From Tubulanus polymorphus (Eukaryota; Animalia; Nemertea), in contig NC_134030.1 in the NCBI RefSeq assembly GCF_964204645.1, positions 21,660,210 to 21,724,209 of the forward strand: a stretch of 64,000 nucleotides of DNA. Reading direction: 5' to 3'. A model generated the notes under the pieces. The model was not told where the DNA came from, made no database searches, and saw only the letters and a list, made by a program, of their open reading frames with translations. Below are positions 29,601 through 43,410 of this stretch, piece after piece; positions within the stretch are counted from its first letter, which is position 1; each line of letters begins with the position of its first letter. A program made the position numbers and the translations under genes.

Positions 29601-32600
29601 GTGATTGTGCTTCATGTAAATAAACAGTATTTCTGTTTTCTAATTAACAGTACCGTGTTTGTGTCCGAAATCTAAAGATGTGATTGAATTGTTGCGTTGG
29701 ACAAGTGAAACCTGGTATGAAAAAGGTAAGATTCTCTCACATGATTTACTGCGCATATTCTCAGATATCGGTTTGATAATGTTTAGGTGTTGTTTTCTCT
29801 TTGTAGATCATGAGAATTGGGTGAAAACACGTGACCAACTGCAGCCGGGTATTTATAGAATTATTAACCCTTTATTTCTATAACATGTAGAATATCTCGC
29901 ATGAATACAGTTCATAGTTTTAGAAATCATCCACTAATCATCTGAATGATATACATGTACAACAGATATTGCTTCATTTGTATCACACAATCACAGTTGT
30001 AATTTATAACCTCGAGTTAATGCTTTTGCTAATCACTTCAGTAGTTCAAAGATTGTCATGATTGCAATCAAGATGGCTGACTGGTGGCTATTTTTGTTTG
30101 GCAAAATAAGCTATTTTTTCTAATTTTTGAAGATTTTTTTATCAATTTTTGTAAGGTTTATTTGCGGCCTAAAAATTGGCATAATTGTCCAGATGGCTGA
30201 CTGGTGGTCATTTTTGTTCGCTGAAAATGAGTTTTTGCACATTTCAAAGGTTTCTTGAGAAATATCAAAGATGTTTTGATATTTTGTATGAACACTGTAT
30301 CTAGCTGTTCACGTGTCTTGAGGGTTGATGTATGCGTGTATCAGCTCCATGGTAGCCATTTTTCTTCCCAAAAATAAATACTATTTGCACATTTATTAAG
30401 TTATCTATAGAGAAACTTTAAAGATGCTTTCATAAATTTTTCCCGATGTTTGGTTTATACATGTATCTACCCTAGACATATCAGCAGTTCTGAAATTTGA
30501 ATCATCGGAATCAAGATGGCCGACTGGCGGCTATTGTTTGGTAACATCAGCACTTTTTGCACAATTTACTGACTCATATGTGGAACCAGCATGTTATGTT
30601 TTATTGTTTGTTTTTGGTAGATGTTTAATGCAATTAACTCACAATTAACTCACAATTTCTATCTGTGAAGCACATTTGTAATAATGGCCTCCTAGATTAA
30701 CTCACTGGATACAATGGAAACTCGTTTACGCAATGAAATAAACCAAATAATTTGGACCAAGAAACTTTTAAATTTTTCCATGCATTTCAGGTGTCATCTC
30801 TTAGGGCTACAGTTATTTTGGCTCACGTGGCAACCTATCAATATATTATCATATATTATACATTATGTAATTGTTCTTTATTGATGAAATTAACATTACA
30901 TTACTTAAACATTTATTCAAACCGTAAAAGATGACTGCCTCCGAAATCTCCCTATGACATCATCAAATTGCTTCTAGTGTTCGGTTCTATAGACCACTGC
31001 CAGATGGGAGAAAATGATCCAATCAATTTGATGATGTCATAGGGGGATTTAGGAAGAAGCTGAGTTGTAAAACGAGGTTCCGCTGTACACAGAAGGCTTT
31101 ATATACAAGATGGTCGTTTCTCAATATTTTTCTATCGTGGAAATCTTCTTCTGACCAGAAACTGGTCAATTACGTCATCACTTGGCGATCAATGATTCCA
31201 CTTGTGGCAAGTGAGGATCCACCAGGTGTCGCTAGTGTGCAGTAAGACCAATAAAGGATTCTGCTCACAGCAAGTGAGGATCCACCAGGTGTCGCTAGTG
31301 TGGAGTAGGACATCAACTACTGCTGCAAGAGAGGATTCCACTTGTGGCAAGTGAGGATCCACCAGGTGTCGCTAGTGTGGAGTAGGACATCAACTACTGC
31401 TACAATAGAAGATTCCACGTGAAAATGAACTATATGTGAGAAACACCCTTAATTAAAGAACGCTTTTAAATGTCGCTTTTTCATTTATATTCGTAGCTGG
31501 AGACTTTGAGGTCATTGAAACATTCAGTGCAGGTATAATCATTGTAATATCATTTGACTTGAAAAAAATATGAATTCAAAATGTTCGTTTGTAAAACAAC
31601 TGTTTGTTTGTGACGTCAGTGATTTCATTTGAAACTTAATTTACTATGAATTATCTATTTCTCTTTTATAGAAATTGTAAGAATTATTGTTGATGTTTAC
31701 GGAACTGAGAATGATTGGGTGATAACAAGAGATAAGGATAAACAAGGTAAGAGGAGTGAGAGGTAAGAGTAGTGAGTGGTAAGTGTAGTGAGTGAAAAGA
31801 GTAGTGAGAGGTAAGAGGAGTGAGTGGTAAGAGTAGTGAGAGGTAAGAGGGGTGAGTGGTAAGAGTAGTGAGAGGTAAGAGGATTGAGAGGTAAGAGGAG
31901 TGAGAGGTAAGAGGAGTGAGAGGTAAGAGTAGTGAGTGGTAAGTGTAGTGAGTGGTAAGAGTAGTGAGAGGTAAGAGTAGTGAGAGGTAAGAGGAGTGAG
32001 AGGTAAGAGGAGTGAGAGGTAAGAGTAGTGAGTGGTAAGAGAAGTGTGTGATAGGTGGAGAGTGTTGTGTCAGTAATCGTTGAGGTGATGTGGGTCTCTG
32101 ATGCCAGGGAGGAACAGAACTGGAACAGCTTTCGTTGGTTGGTTCCAATCATGGATACTGTCTGTCTCTAAATATGACACTTCTGCCTCCTATCTTCATC
32201 CAACAGTAATTCAAACTGTTTGATGCACAGTTTATTTGAATATTGAACAAATACTTTCTATATTTCATTTCAGCAATAGCTATCAGAGAATTCCTGTTTG
32301 GACAGTTATCACATGATCAAAGTAAGTTATTGTTTACCTATAGTTTGTTTTAACTTCATATACATGATTACATGCACATGTGTGTTTGTTATGTGAACAT
32401 GTACATGTGAGTTATCCATACATGTACATGTCAGTTATGGGAACATGTACATGTTACGTTTAAATGGACTTCTGAGTACTTCTGCATACATGTACATACA
32501 TGTTAGTAATACATACATGTATGTACATGTATGTGCACAAGTAGATGTGAGTGATGTTAACATGCACACGTGAATTCCTGTAACATGTTGAGTTCACTTG

Positions 32601-35600
32601 TGCAAATGAGTTCAGATTACATGGAGTTTGATCAATATATTTTCAGGTATGTTAGATTTGGTGAAAGAAATCCTAAGTAAGTTTACGAAACGACTCAATA
32701 TTTCCTCTTCAACTCGAATCTTGGATTCAAATGTGTTTATAATTATCTATTGACAGGAAAATACGCGAGAATAAACAATTTAAAAACGAAACTATCAAAT
32801 GAGATCGGTAAGAGTTGATTGAATACAGTAATTGATGTAATGAGTTTATTGATTATTATTCTACTGTCAACTCATTTTGTAAATGTATTACAGATACATT
32901 ACTGAACAAGAAGAGGTCAATAGATGGCGCTGATGCAGTTTACAATAGAGATGAAGGTACCGCACTATTATTCACTGATATTCACTGTTCACAGCTAGAG
33001 AGTTTGTAATCTGTAAACCTGATAGAAGCGGCCGGTAGAGAGTTTTTAATCTGTAAACCTGATAGAAGCGGCCGGTAGAGAGTTTGTAATCTGTAAACCT
33101 GATAGAAGCGGCCGGTAGAGAGTTTGTAATCTGTAAACCTGATAGAAGCGGCCGGTAGAGAGTTTGTAATCTATAAACCTGATAGAAGCGGCCGGTAGAG
33201 AGTTTATAATCTGTAAACCTGATAGAAGCGGCCGGTAGAGAGTTTGTAATCTGTAAACCTGTTAGAAGCGACCGGTAGAGAGTTTATAATCTGTAAACCT
33301 GATAGAAGCGACCGGTAGAGAGTTTGTAATCTGTAAACCTGATAGAAGCGGCCGGTAGAGAGTTTGTACTCTGTAAACCTGATAGAAGCGGCCCCGGAAG
33401 AGAGTTTGTAATCTGTAAACCCGATAGAAGCGGCCGGTAGAGAGTTTGTAATCTGTAAACCTGATAGAAGCGGCCGGTAGAGAGTTTATAATCTGTAAAC
33501 CTGATAGAAGCGGCCGGTAGAGAGTTTATAATCTGTATACCTGATAGAAGCGGCCAGTAGAGAGTTTGTAATCTATAAACCTGATAGAAGCGGCCGGTAG
33601 AGAGTTTGTAATCTGTAAACCTGATAGAAGCGGCCGGTAGAGAGTTTGTAATCTGTAAACCTGATAGAAGCGGCCGGTAGAGAGTTTGTAATCTGTAAAC
33701 CTGATAGAAGCGGCCGGTAGAGAGTTTGTAATCTGTAAACCGGGTCAGGGTCAAACTTAAGTTATAGCAAAATAATGAGACATATATTGATTTCTTCAAG
33801 TGGTTAATGTTTTAACATGTTTCAGGTGAAATTCATGTTAGTTTTATTACGCAATTGAATGAAGAGAAAAGACCCCTGACAGACAAAGAGAAACAGTTCA
33901 ACAGAGATGGTGAGTAAAACTATGAATTCTATCTCCAGTTGAGTTCCAGTTTGATGTTTGCGCACAGCGAATTGCCAACAAGTTTTAAAAGTGCTTTATT
34001 CTGACACAAAGTATCAATTTTCACTGAAAATGCATTTTGAAATATGTCTTCCAATGATTCGCAAAATTAAGCGAGTGGTTAAAGAGCTACTACTTTATGT
34101 GAATCACTGAGCTTATACTGGAAGCTAAAAACATTTTATATATTGTAGTTTTTGTCAGTTTCAAATCCTCAGTAAACGGTTTTAATGTATTTGCATATTT
34201 TCAGTTGCTTCAGCAGTTGAAGCTATTGTTGATTTGTTTGCTAAAATGTCCGGTAGGTTCCATAAATCATTTCAGTAAAAATACTGTGGAGTTTGTTGTG
34301 GAATCATTGAATAATTGATTGTGTTTATTTTTACTGTAGATGCTGAATTATGTGAACGAGGAATATTCAACATAAAACGTAGGTTTTAATTCTCATTTTA
34401 TCCTCAAATGTTTATAAATACATGTGCTCTATAATCTACTTTACATGTACATGTGAGTTCTCTGTACATGTACATGTCAGTTCTCAATACACATACATGT
34501 TAGTTCTCTGTACATACGTATACAACTGAGTTACGTGTACATGCGACTTTTCTTACTTGTGAGTTCTGAGCGAAATATTTTCTTCAAATACTTTTTCGTT
34601 ATATTTCAGCTACTGTTGAAATTGCTGGTAAGTTGTAATATTCACTATGATGTTTAAACTGGAGTCTGTTCATTTATAACTGAAATATCACTGTATCTTT
34701 TTATAGAAATGTTTGTGAAAGATACACTTAATAAAGAAGTTAAACAACAGAATGGTGAGTGTTCAGTTAATCTAGGAATCTATCAAGGGAGGAGGGCTTA
34801 CGACTATAAACTGATTACAAATTAAAAATATTTTGTCTAATTACAGGAAAACTAGTCACACAAATAGAAAACCAGAAAGTAACTGATGAAACAAAGATAG
34901 GTTTGTTATACGATAAACTAATTATCATAATTTATCCATAATTTATTGAAATATTGTCAGTGAATCTTGTTTATTAAACTATCTCCCGGTACTGAAAACA
35001 TGTAGTTAGAAATTAACCCCGCGATAGTTATACCTTTATGGTTGGTATTACAGAAATGGGAGTGGCTGACCGGGACCGTTCTGTGAGCAAAGATATCTGT
35101 GGTAAGACTGAAAATGTTGTTCTTTCCTTATTTTTCACGCTTATTACAAATCATTTCCTTAATGAAAAATCCGAAGTACAATAAAACCAGCTAGACCCGG
35201 TGATGTAGAACAATTGGTAACTTTGTCGAAATTCATCCGCTTTGTGGGAAATTTAAGGTTTTATAAAACCCGATAACCCAGATGTATATGGATGAAATTC
35301 TAGTTTGAACTGATCTGATCAATATTCATGTTATTTTATTCTATTCATTTGTAGAATCAGTTTTATTGGCGTCAAGTTTGCAGAAATTAGAAGAGAACAA
35401 ACATTCTACAGAACTAGATAAAAGTAAGTTTAAACTTTCTTTGTCCCTAGAACTAAATTTACCGAGTATTTGATGACCATGAATTGAAGATGAAATTTAT
35501 CGATGTCATCGGATTATCAGAAGCATCTGTTATGATTCAGAGCCAAGTTTTAAGTGGTGTTAAACTAAGAATGTTGCTAGGTGACAGTTTGTATCGATAT

Positions 35601-38600
35601 GAATAATCTTCAGACTGAGTTCATCGTAGATGATTAAAATCAGTTGTGTTTAAACGCAAAGAAGTTACCCAGTATCGTCAGTACAAAATCAATCAGTTTT
35701 AAGAAACCGTGTTTGGATTGTCATGCATACATCACATTGGGTAGCTCTGAGAATATCCAAATCATATCATTAGAGGCTAGCTGAGGGTGATTTCTGTCCA
35801 AATGTTCCATTTTGGGAAATTATTTTTTCATTTATTTATTTCATTGTTCAACTATATTTTCAGGTATTTTTGAAATAAGCCGAGATGTTTTAGGTAAGAA
35901 CTAAATATTACTAACAAACTATAAATACCGAGGTCTAGGGTCGAGAGCAGACGCTTTAAAAGAAATTTCTAGCGGACAAACTCTCAATTTTCTGATAAAA
36001 AACTTGTTGGATTGAATTTTAATCAGATATTTGAAAAGAAGTTTAGATTAGAAGTATTGATTTTAGCAGTAGTTGATGCTGTGTTTGATCAAACCTAATC
36101 ATGAATTATTCTTTTTTTCAGAAATGAAATTGAAAATCGCAGTTTTCAAATCTATCAAAGGTAAGAGGTCTCTGTATGGAATATACATCAGAGTCAGCAG
36201 GGTTTGTTCTATCATTTTCCAAGATTCAACCTGAGCTCAATTTGTTTTCTGAGAACTCAATTTCAGTTCTGATGTCATTTTCCTGGTAATTTATCTTCAC
36301 GAATCACTTCTAGAATTGTACGCCGGACGAGCTGAAAGATTTCAGAAAGAACTCAAAGAGAAACTGAAACAAGAGGAAAATGAAGAGAGAAAAAATGAGG
36401 AGGAATTGAACAGAATAATTCACAGTTCAGTTTGTCAGGCGTTTAAATATATCACTGATATGAATGAAAGTAAATATCGATTTTATATATCAAATTATAA
36501 ATGTCACATATTATGTGTGAATGAATGCACATGTAACATGTTGGTTCTTTGATACATTTCAGAAACTCTGATGGATAATAAAGTTGTAGGATATGGAGGT
36601 TTGTAAATAGTTCAATCACAAACCAGTTTTTATCATGAATAATCAGTTTGATTTTCTCTATTTATATTTCAGTGAGTCCAGAAGAGATAAGTGAGTTCTG
36701 ATTGATATTTATAAGTATTCTCAGTAGACTGCGCGCTTGCCGCTGATTTCATGTTGTAATTCGTCATAGTTACCTGTTTATAAGTTGTTTGTTTCTATAT
36801 TGATAGATTCTAAACTACATGAATTAGCCGATAAAGAGTTTAAAGATAAGAAAGGTACTGTACACATTACAAAGTGTGAAATTCAACATGTTTTATTTTT
36901 AAATCTTATTGATGTTTAATATCAATGTTTATTACAGTCGGTAGATTTAATCAAATAAAGACACCTGAAGAAATAGTGACTCTAACACTGAATATACCGG
37001 CACAACTCCGCACTGGTAAGTGACTATACACTGAAACTGTGCAGAATGTAAATATTTCACTGAGTTGAGAATCAGGCAACTCAGTTTGTCACAAACTTCC
37101 GAATGTGTATTTATACAATTTTTACAGTGTTGGATTCAGCTGAAAGATATCGCGTTATTCTGTGGGATAAAGCAGGTATTGTATATAGTATAGGAATTGC
37201 TAGTGTTTTATGAGTATATTTTATACCTGGTCTTTTTAACAATACCTGTAATTGGAAATCTATCCCTGAAATCCGGAAACAGTCCCCCTCAACAGATGAT
37301 GAAATCTTCCTTTACTGCAAGGAAGAATCTTTGAAATCGCTTGGAATACCAGTCCCTGCAAAACAGTCCTCTAGCCCCTGATTTTGAGGAATGCGCCATG
37401 AAAGTAACGATCTATCAGTGGATTATGAGGTTTATCTATCTTCAGAAAAAAACTTAATATCTGAAAGCAACAGTTTAAAAAGTTCCTAGTTTATAATGAA
37501 ACCAAGCTCAATGAATGTTGTGTCTATGTTTGCTGTTTTATATATGAATTTCAGTGGAATATTTCAAGGACGAATTCATTATTGCAATACAATCTGATGA
37601 ATCATTGAAAACTGCTACTCAAACTGCTTTAGATAACAGTAAGTTACATCTACAGTAAACTACATTTACATCTACAGCAAACTACATTTACATCTACAGT
37701 AAACTACATTTACATCTACAGTAAACTACATTTACATCTACAGTAAACTACATTTACATCTACAATAAACTACATTTACATCTACAGTAAACTACATTTA
37801 CATCTACAGTGAACTTTATTTACATCTACAGCAAACTAAATTTACATCTACAGCAAACTAAATTTACATCTACAGTAAACTACATTTACATCTACAGTAA
37901 ACCTAAATTTTACATCTACTGTATTACATCTACAGTAAACTACAATTACATCTACAGTAAACTACATTTACATCTACAGTAAACTACATTTACATAAACA
38001 GTAAACTACATTTACATCTACAGTAAACTACATTTACATCTGGTTTATTCCCATCTCGGGGAAAGGGCGAAATCGGAAGGGGCAAAATGGATAGACACCC
38101 TTACATCTACAGTAAATTTGTTATACATCTACAGTAAAATGCAATTACATCTACAGTAAACAATAAGTTTCAATTATCCTGTTAAGATTTTCATTGAAAC
38201 TTGTTTTTGTTTTTTTCAGATTCAAGAAACTTGAATGATTTATTGAAAAAAGAATTTTTGATAGGTAAAATTGTCTGTCTATTGAAATAATTGTTTTTTT
38301 TTACGAATAAATAATGAATCAATATCACTGCTATAAATTCATATAAGGCCAAAAAATGATCTTGTTTTTCCTAAATGCCGGGTTATTTTTTAAATTCCAA
38401 TATAATCTGTAAGCTGTTCATTTCTAAATCTGTTCATTTCTGGGTCTGTTATTAGCTTGATCATGTGTCTAAAAAAAGTTTTGAACAGCGGCTAAAGGGC
38501 TACCAAGCCCAATGAAATGCTTGTAATAATACTACTACATGGGAGATAGGCGGCCGGCAGGGTCAACTTTTAAGCCCAGCAGAAATGAGAAACAAGGTAT

Positions 38601-41600
38601 CAATTTTTTAGCCTTAACAGCTGATTTTACTGTGTAAAACAATTAAATGATTTTCTTCTATTTTTAGTTAATAGAATTTATCGTGATGTCAAATTCAAAA
38701 TACAATCAATTCCTACAGGTTTGTAGTTTTAGTAATTCACTATCAATTCTTGCATCTAAAATGTTTAATACATTTTCACATGTTGAAGTTTTGTCATATA
38801 TCACATCATGTCATTTCATATGACAACATCATCTGATATATATATGCTTTTAAAACATTTCAAAAATCATTTGTTTATTCATTCTTCATGACTGATTCGA
38901 TGCTGAATTCATATTCAATGTCTATTTGTGATTTCAGAGGAATTAAAGGAACGAGGAATCGTAGCTTATAGAAGTGAGTTAAATTCAAATATTTGTTCAT
39001 CAATTACACATTTTCAAGCTTCCCAATACCCCTAAACTACCTCTAAACTCCTATTAATAGACTCCTAACACTAACTTCCTAACACTAAACTCTTAACACT
39101 AAACCTCTAACACTAGACTCCTAACACTAGACTCCTGACACTAAACTCCTAACACTAGACTCCTGACACTAGACTCCTAACACTAGACTCCTGACACTAG
39201 ACTCCTAACACTAGACTCTTGACGCTAGACTCCTAACACTAAACTCCTAACGCTAGACTCCTAACGCTAGACTCCTGACGCTAGACTCCTGACGCTAGAC
39301 TCCTGACGCTAGACTCCTGACGCTAGACTCCTGACGCTAGACTCCTGACGCTAGACTCCTGACGCTAGACTCCTGACGCTAGACTCCTAACGCTAGACTC
39401 CTAACGCTAAACTCCTAACGCTAGACTCCTAACGCTAGACTCCTGACGCTAGACTCCTAACGCTAAACTCCTAACGCTAGACTACTTACGCTAGACTCCT
39501 GACGCTAGACTCCTAACGCTAAACTCCTAACGCTAGACTACTTACGCTAGACTCCTGACGCTAGACTCCTGACGCTAGACTCCTGACGCTAGACTCCTGA
39601 CGCTAGACTCCTGACGCTAGACTCCTGACGCTAGACTCCTGACGCTAGACTCCTGACGCTAGACTCCTGACGCTAGACTCCTAACGCTAGACTCCTAACG
39701 CTAGACTCCTAACGCTAAACTCCTAACGCTAGACTACTTACGCTAGACCCCTGACGCTAGACCCCTGACGCTAGACCCCTGACGCTAGACCCCTGACGCT
39801 AGACCCCTGACGCTAGACCCGTGACGCTAGACCCCTAGCAATAGACCCCTAGCAATAGACTCCTGACACTGGACTCCTGACACTGGACTCCTGACACTGG
39901 ACTCCTGACACTGGACTCCTGACACTGGACTCCTGACACTGGACTCCTGACACTGGACTCCTGACACTGGACTCCTGACACTAGACTCCTGACACTAAAC
40001 TCCTAACACTAGACTCCTATAACTAGACTCCTAGCAATAGACTCCTAAGACTAGACTCCTAACACTAAACTCCTAACACTAGAATCCTAACACTAGACTC
40101 CTAACACTAGACCCCTAACACTAGACTCCTAACACTATACTCTTAACACTAGACTCCTAACACTAAACTCCTAACACTAGAATCCTAACACTAGACTCCT
40201 AACACTATACTCTTAACACTAGACTCCTAACACTATACTCTTAACACTAGACTCCTAACACTAGACTCCTAACACTAAACTCCTAACCCTTAAACTCCTA
40301 ACCCTTAAACTCCTAACACTAGACTCCTAACACTAAACTCCTAACCCCTCAACTCCTCAGCTGAGTCTCAATGAAATGAGCAAATATTACAATCTTAAGA
40401 ATAAGTTATATAGATATAATGCATTGAATAATGATACAATAAATCGAATACTGTAATTATATTAGATTAATGTATTCTACAAATAAATAAGAATTTTCCA
40501 GATTTAGATTTTAATCAGAAGTAAGAATTATATGGTTAAAGTGAACTGTATAAGTTTACCAGTTCAGATCTACCGGTACTCAATGTTTATATATCCGGTA
40601 TTTGAATTATTGTTGTTTTTTGTTTTTCAGTAAAAGACGAAACAGCGCGTAAGTACTGATAACAACTGATTCGTTAAACTCTACATAAATAAATAACACA
40701 ATATGATATATCCTATATTGAATAGAAGCGGTTCTTATATAGCTCTGAATTCTGTGAAGCTGTTCATGAAATACTTCCTTTAGGATTGGAAAGAATAACA
40801 TGTTTCTCTCTCCCTGCAGTAATCTATTGTGTTTATTCTGTTTCAGTGAAACACATCAAACCAATTATTGCTGACAGAATCCAATATTTTGAAGGTGAAT
40901 ACATTGTATTGACTGTTAAGGGTATTAATTAACAAGTTAAACCAGTACAGAGTAAGGGTGAAGGTCGACTGTATTTTGTAGGAGGATATTTGGCGCTATT
41001 GCAGCATAAATAGTTTAAAACATCAGTCAATGTTGTAATAGTTTCTATTTTCTAAGTTGTTTTGCTCCTCATTAGGTACATTGTAACATGTATAATTACA
41101 GATTCGCTAGAGACTGTTTTAGAAGAGAAATGTAAAAAGGCTCTCAGTATGTGGTCATCAAAACACTGGAAATATGATATATCTACTGCGAGTAAGTTCA
41201 CAGAGAAATCAATTTGTGATTTATAATATTGTATAAAAACTTGTCTATTGTTTATTACATATAGTGTCTGAACTCAGTGAATTTACCAGTAGAACTTTAA
41301 AGACAAACACAGGTTATTGGAAACAAGTCAAAGAATGTTTTGGTAAATAATGAATTCTTGTTCACTGAACGTTTTATTAAATGATCTGATTTTTAGGTTT
41401 TGAATAATAATTATTTGTTCTGTTTGAATAGGAGATGAAATTAACGGTGAAACAAATACAACTGAACTGACAGAAATAGGTGAATATAAAAAAATTCAGA
41501 TAAACAGAAATATAGTATTGAATTCATTGAAGATGAAATTCATCAATGTAATCGAATCTTCACAGAGACCTGTTTTGATTCAAAGCAATATAAACTAATT

Positions 41601-43379
41601 TTAAACTAAGAGCGCTTGAAACCCTTTGGTCTCAGTTTGAATCAATGTGAAAATTTATTGTTTATAGTTACTGAATGTTTGGGTGAATGCAGTAAAACAA
41701 TGCGTGATAAATGGAACACTGGTGAGTACCCCTCATGAGTACTTCTCATGAGTACCCCTCATGAGTACCTATCATCAGTACCTCTCTTGAGTACCTTATT
41801 CAAATGACCACCGAGCGTCTTGAGTACTGTTAAGTACAGGACTTGAATACAAATTGTAATTCGAGCAGGAAAGTTGATTGAGTACCATTTATTAACTGTC
41901 AGGATATGTAATTAGTGTGGTGAGTACAATGAGTACCAAATACAGACACTCAACTGAGTACCCGGCCCCGGTACCTGAATTGTGTAAAGACATTTAAATG
42001 ATGTAATTCATTGATCAAGTTGAAACAAACTGCAAACTGAACCAGTTTATTTGTGAACTAATGTTTCATGATTTGATATTTTTAGACTATTTTAAAAACC
42101 GAAAGATGATTGTAGAGACAGGTAAATATTGCGTAGCTCTGATATTCAGCCCAGTACTGCCCCCTGGTGACTTTATGAGATGTAACTATTCTGTTATTTG
42201 TATTTTAGACGAGATTGTTGATGAGATAAAACGCGAATATTTTCAGACTCCCGAATTTAGAAGTAGGTTTCCAGTAAAATCAGAACCTGTTTCAACAACC
42301 AGAACTCAAATATTAATATCTGTATGTATTGTATTATTATTTATAGGATCAGTTGAGACTGCAGTGAATGAAGCTATCAAGAATTCAGGTAATTAAATAT
42401 TCTTCATAAATATGAATTCTGTGTTTGAATATTTCCAATTAGTCGAATTTAGATTTTGAATTGACTTCAGAGAAGAGCTTGGCCAAAGGTGTATTTTCAC
42501 GATGTAAACATGTATTTACTGCAGGTCAAATTCAGATTTTGAAATGACTTCAGATGTTTAGTGAATGTGTATTTTTTTCAATGTAAACTTATATTTTACA
42601 GAAAAATCACAAGCCGGCAAAAAACCGAACTATGAAGTTGCAGGTTTGTAACATTTCTGGTAACGAATTTGACCTGATGGATTTCACAGATTAGAAAACA
42701 AATTCCCTGGGAAAAAACAAATTCCATTTTAAATATGTCAACTATTTCGTTCCATGGTTTCCTGTCGTTACTAGGGTGGTAGTCACCCTTGTTGATGATT
42801 TACCCCTAAGGGTAACTTTGAATCGCGGTCTATGAAATCAGGAAGATTATGTAATATTCTGTTCAAAATTATATCTTATTATTTCAGAGAAATGGATAGC
42901 TGATGAAATGAAAGGTAAATTGACTGATGATAAATACTCAGTTTTATGATGAGTTTGTGTTGATGTTTACAGAATCATTTCTAATTTCAGGTTTCACGGT
43001 TAAACCATCTGAAATTTATGGTATGTGATATTGTTTTATATCTATATATGTTGTATGGGTGGCTCATCAGTCAGACAACTGGGCGAGAAATCGAGTAACA
43101 ATTCACTAAAAATCCTGATGTTTTTTTTTTCAGAGCGTAATGAATTTGCTAAACTTGCACAACCAAAAGGTAATGAATAGATTATGTGTGTTAAAACTGA
43201 TGTTATCGATTTTGATAATGTTTTATAATGTTAAACGTAATTTAATTTCTATTTCAGTAACGAGAAAATCAAGAGAGTTGATAAATGAGATACGTGCTAT
43301 AACAGATAAAGGTAATCAATATTGACTTCTATAAACATTTTACTGACTCAATATTTCCATATTCATGGATTCATGTTTC

Positions 43380-43410
<31 letters not shown>

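Noticed and set aside
29601-29615. Extra 15-nt Cys micro-exon (CAG|GTGATTGTGCTTCAT|GTAAAT)
   Set aside because: It would leave a 35-nt downstream intron, far below the roughly 70-nt minimum seen elsewhere in the gene. It is possible only as a mutually exclusive exon.
31684-33799. Minus-strand repetitive ORFs (154, 151 and 171 aa)
   Set aside because: They are translations of the 16-bp and 40-bp tandem repeats.
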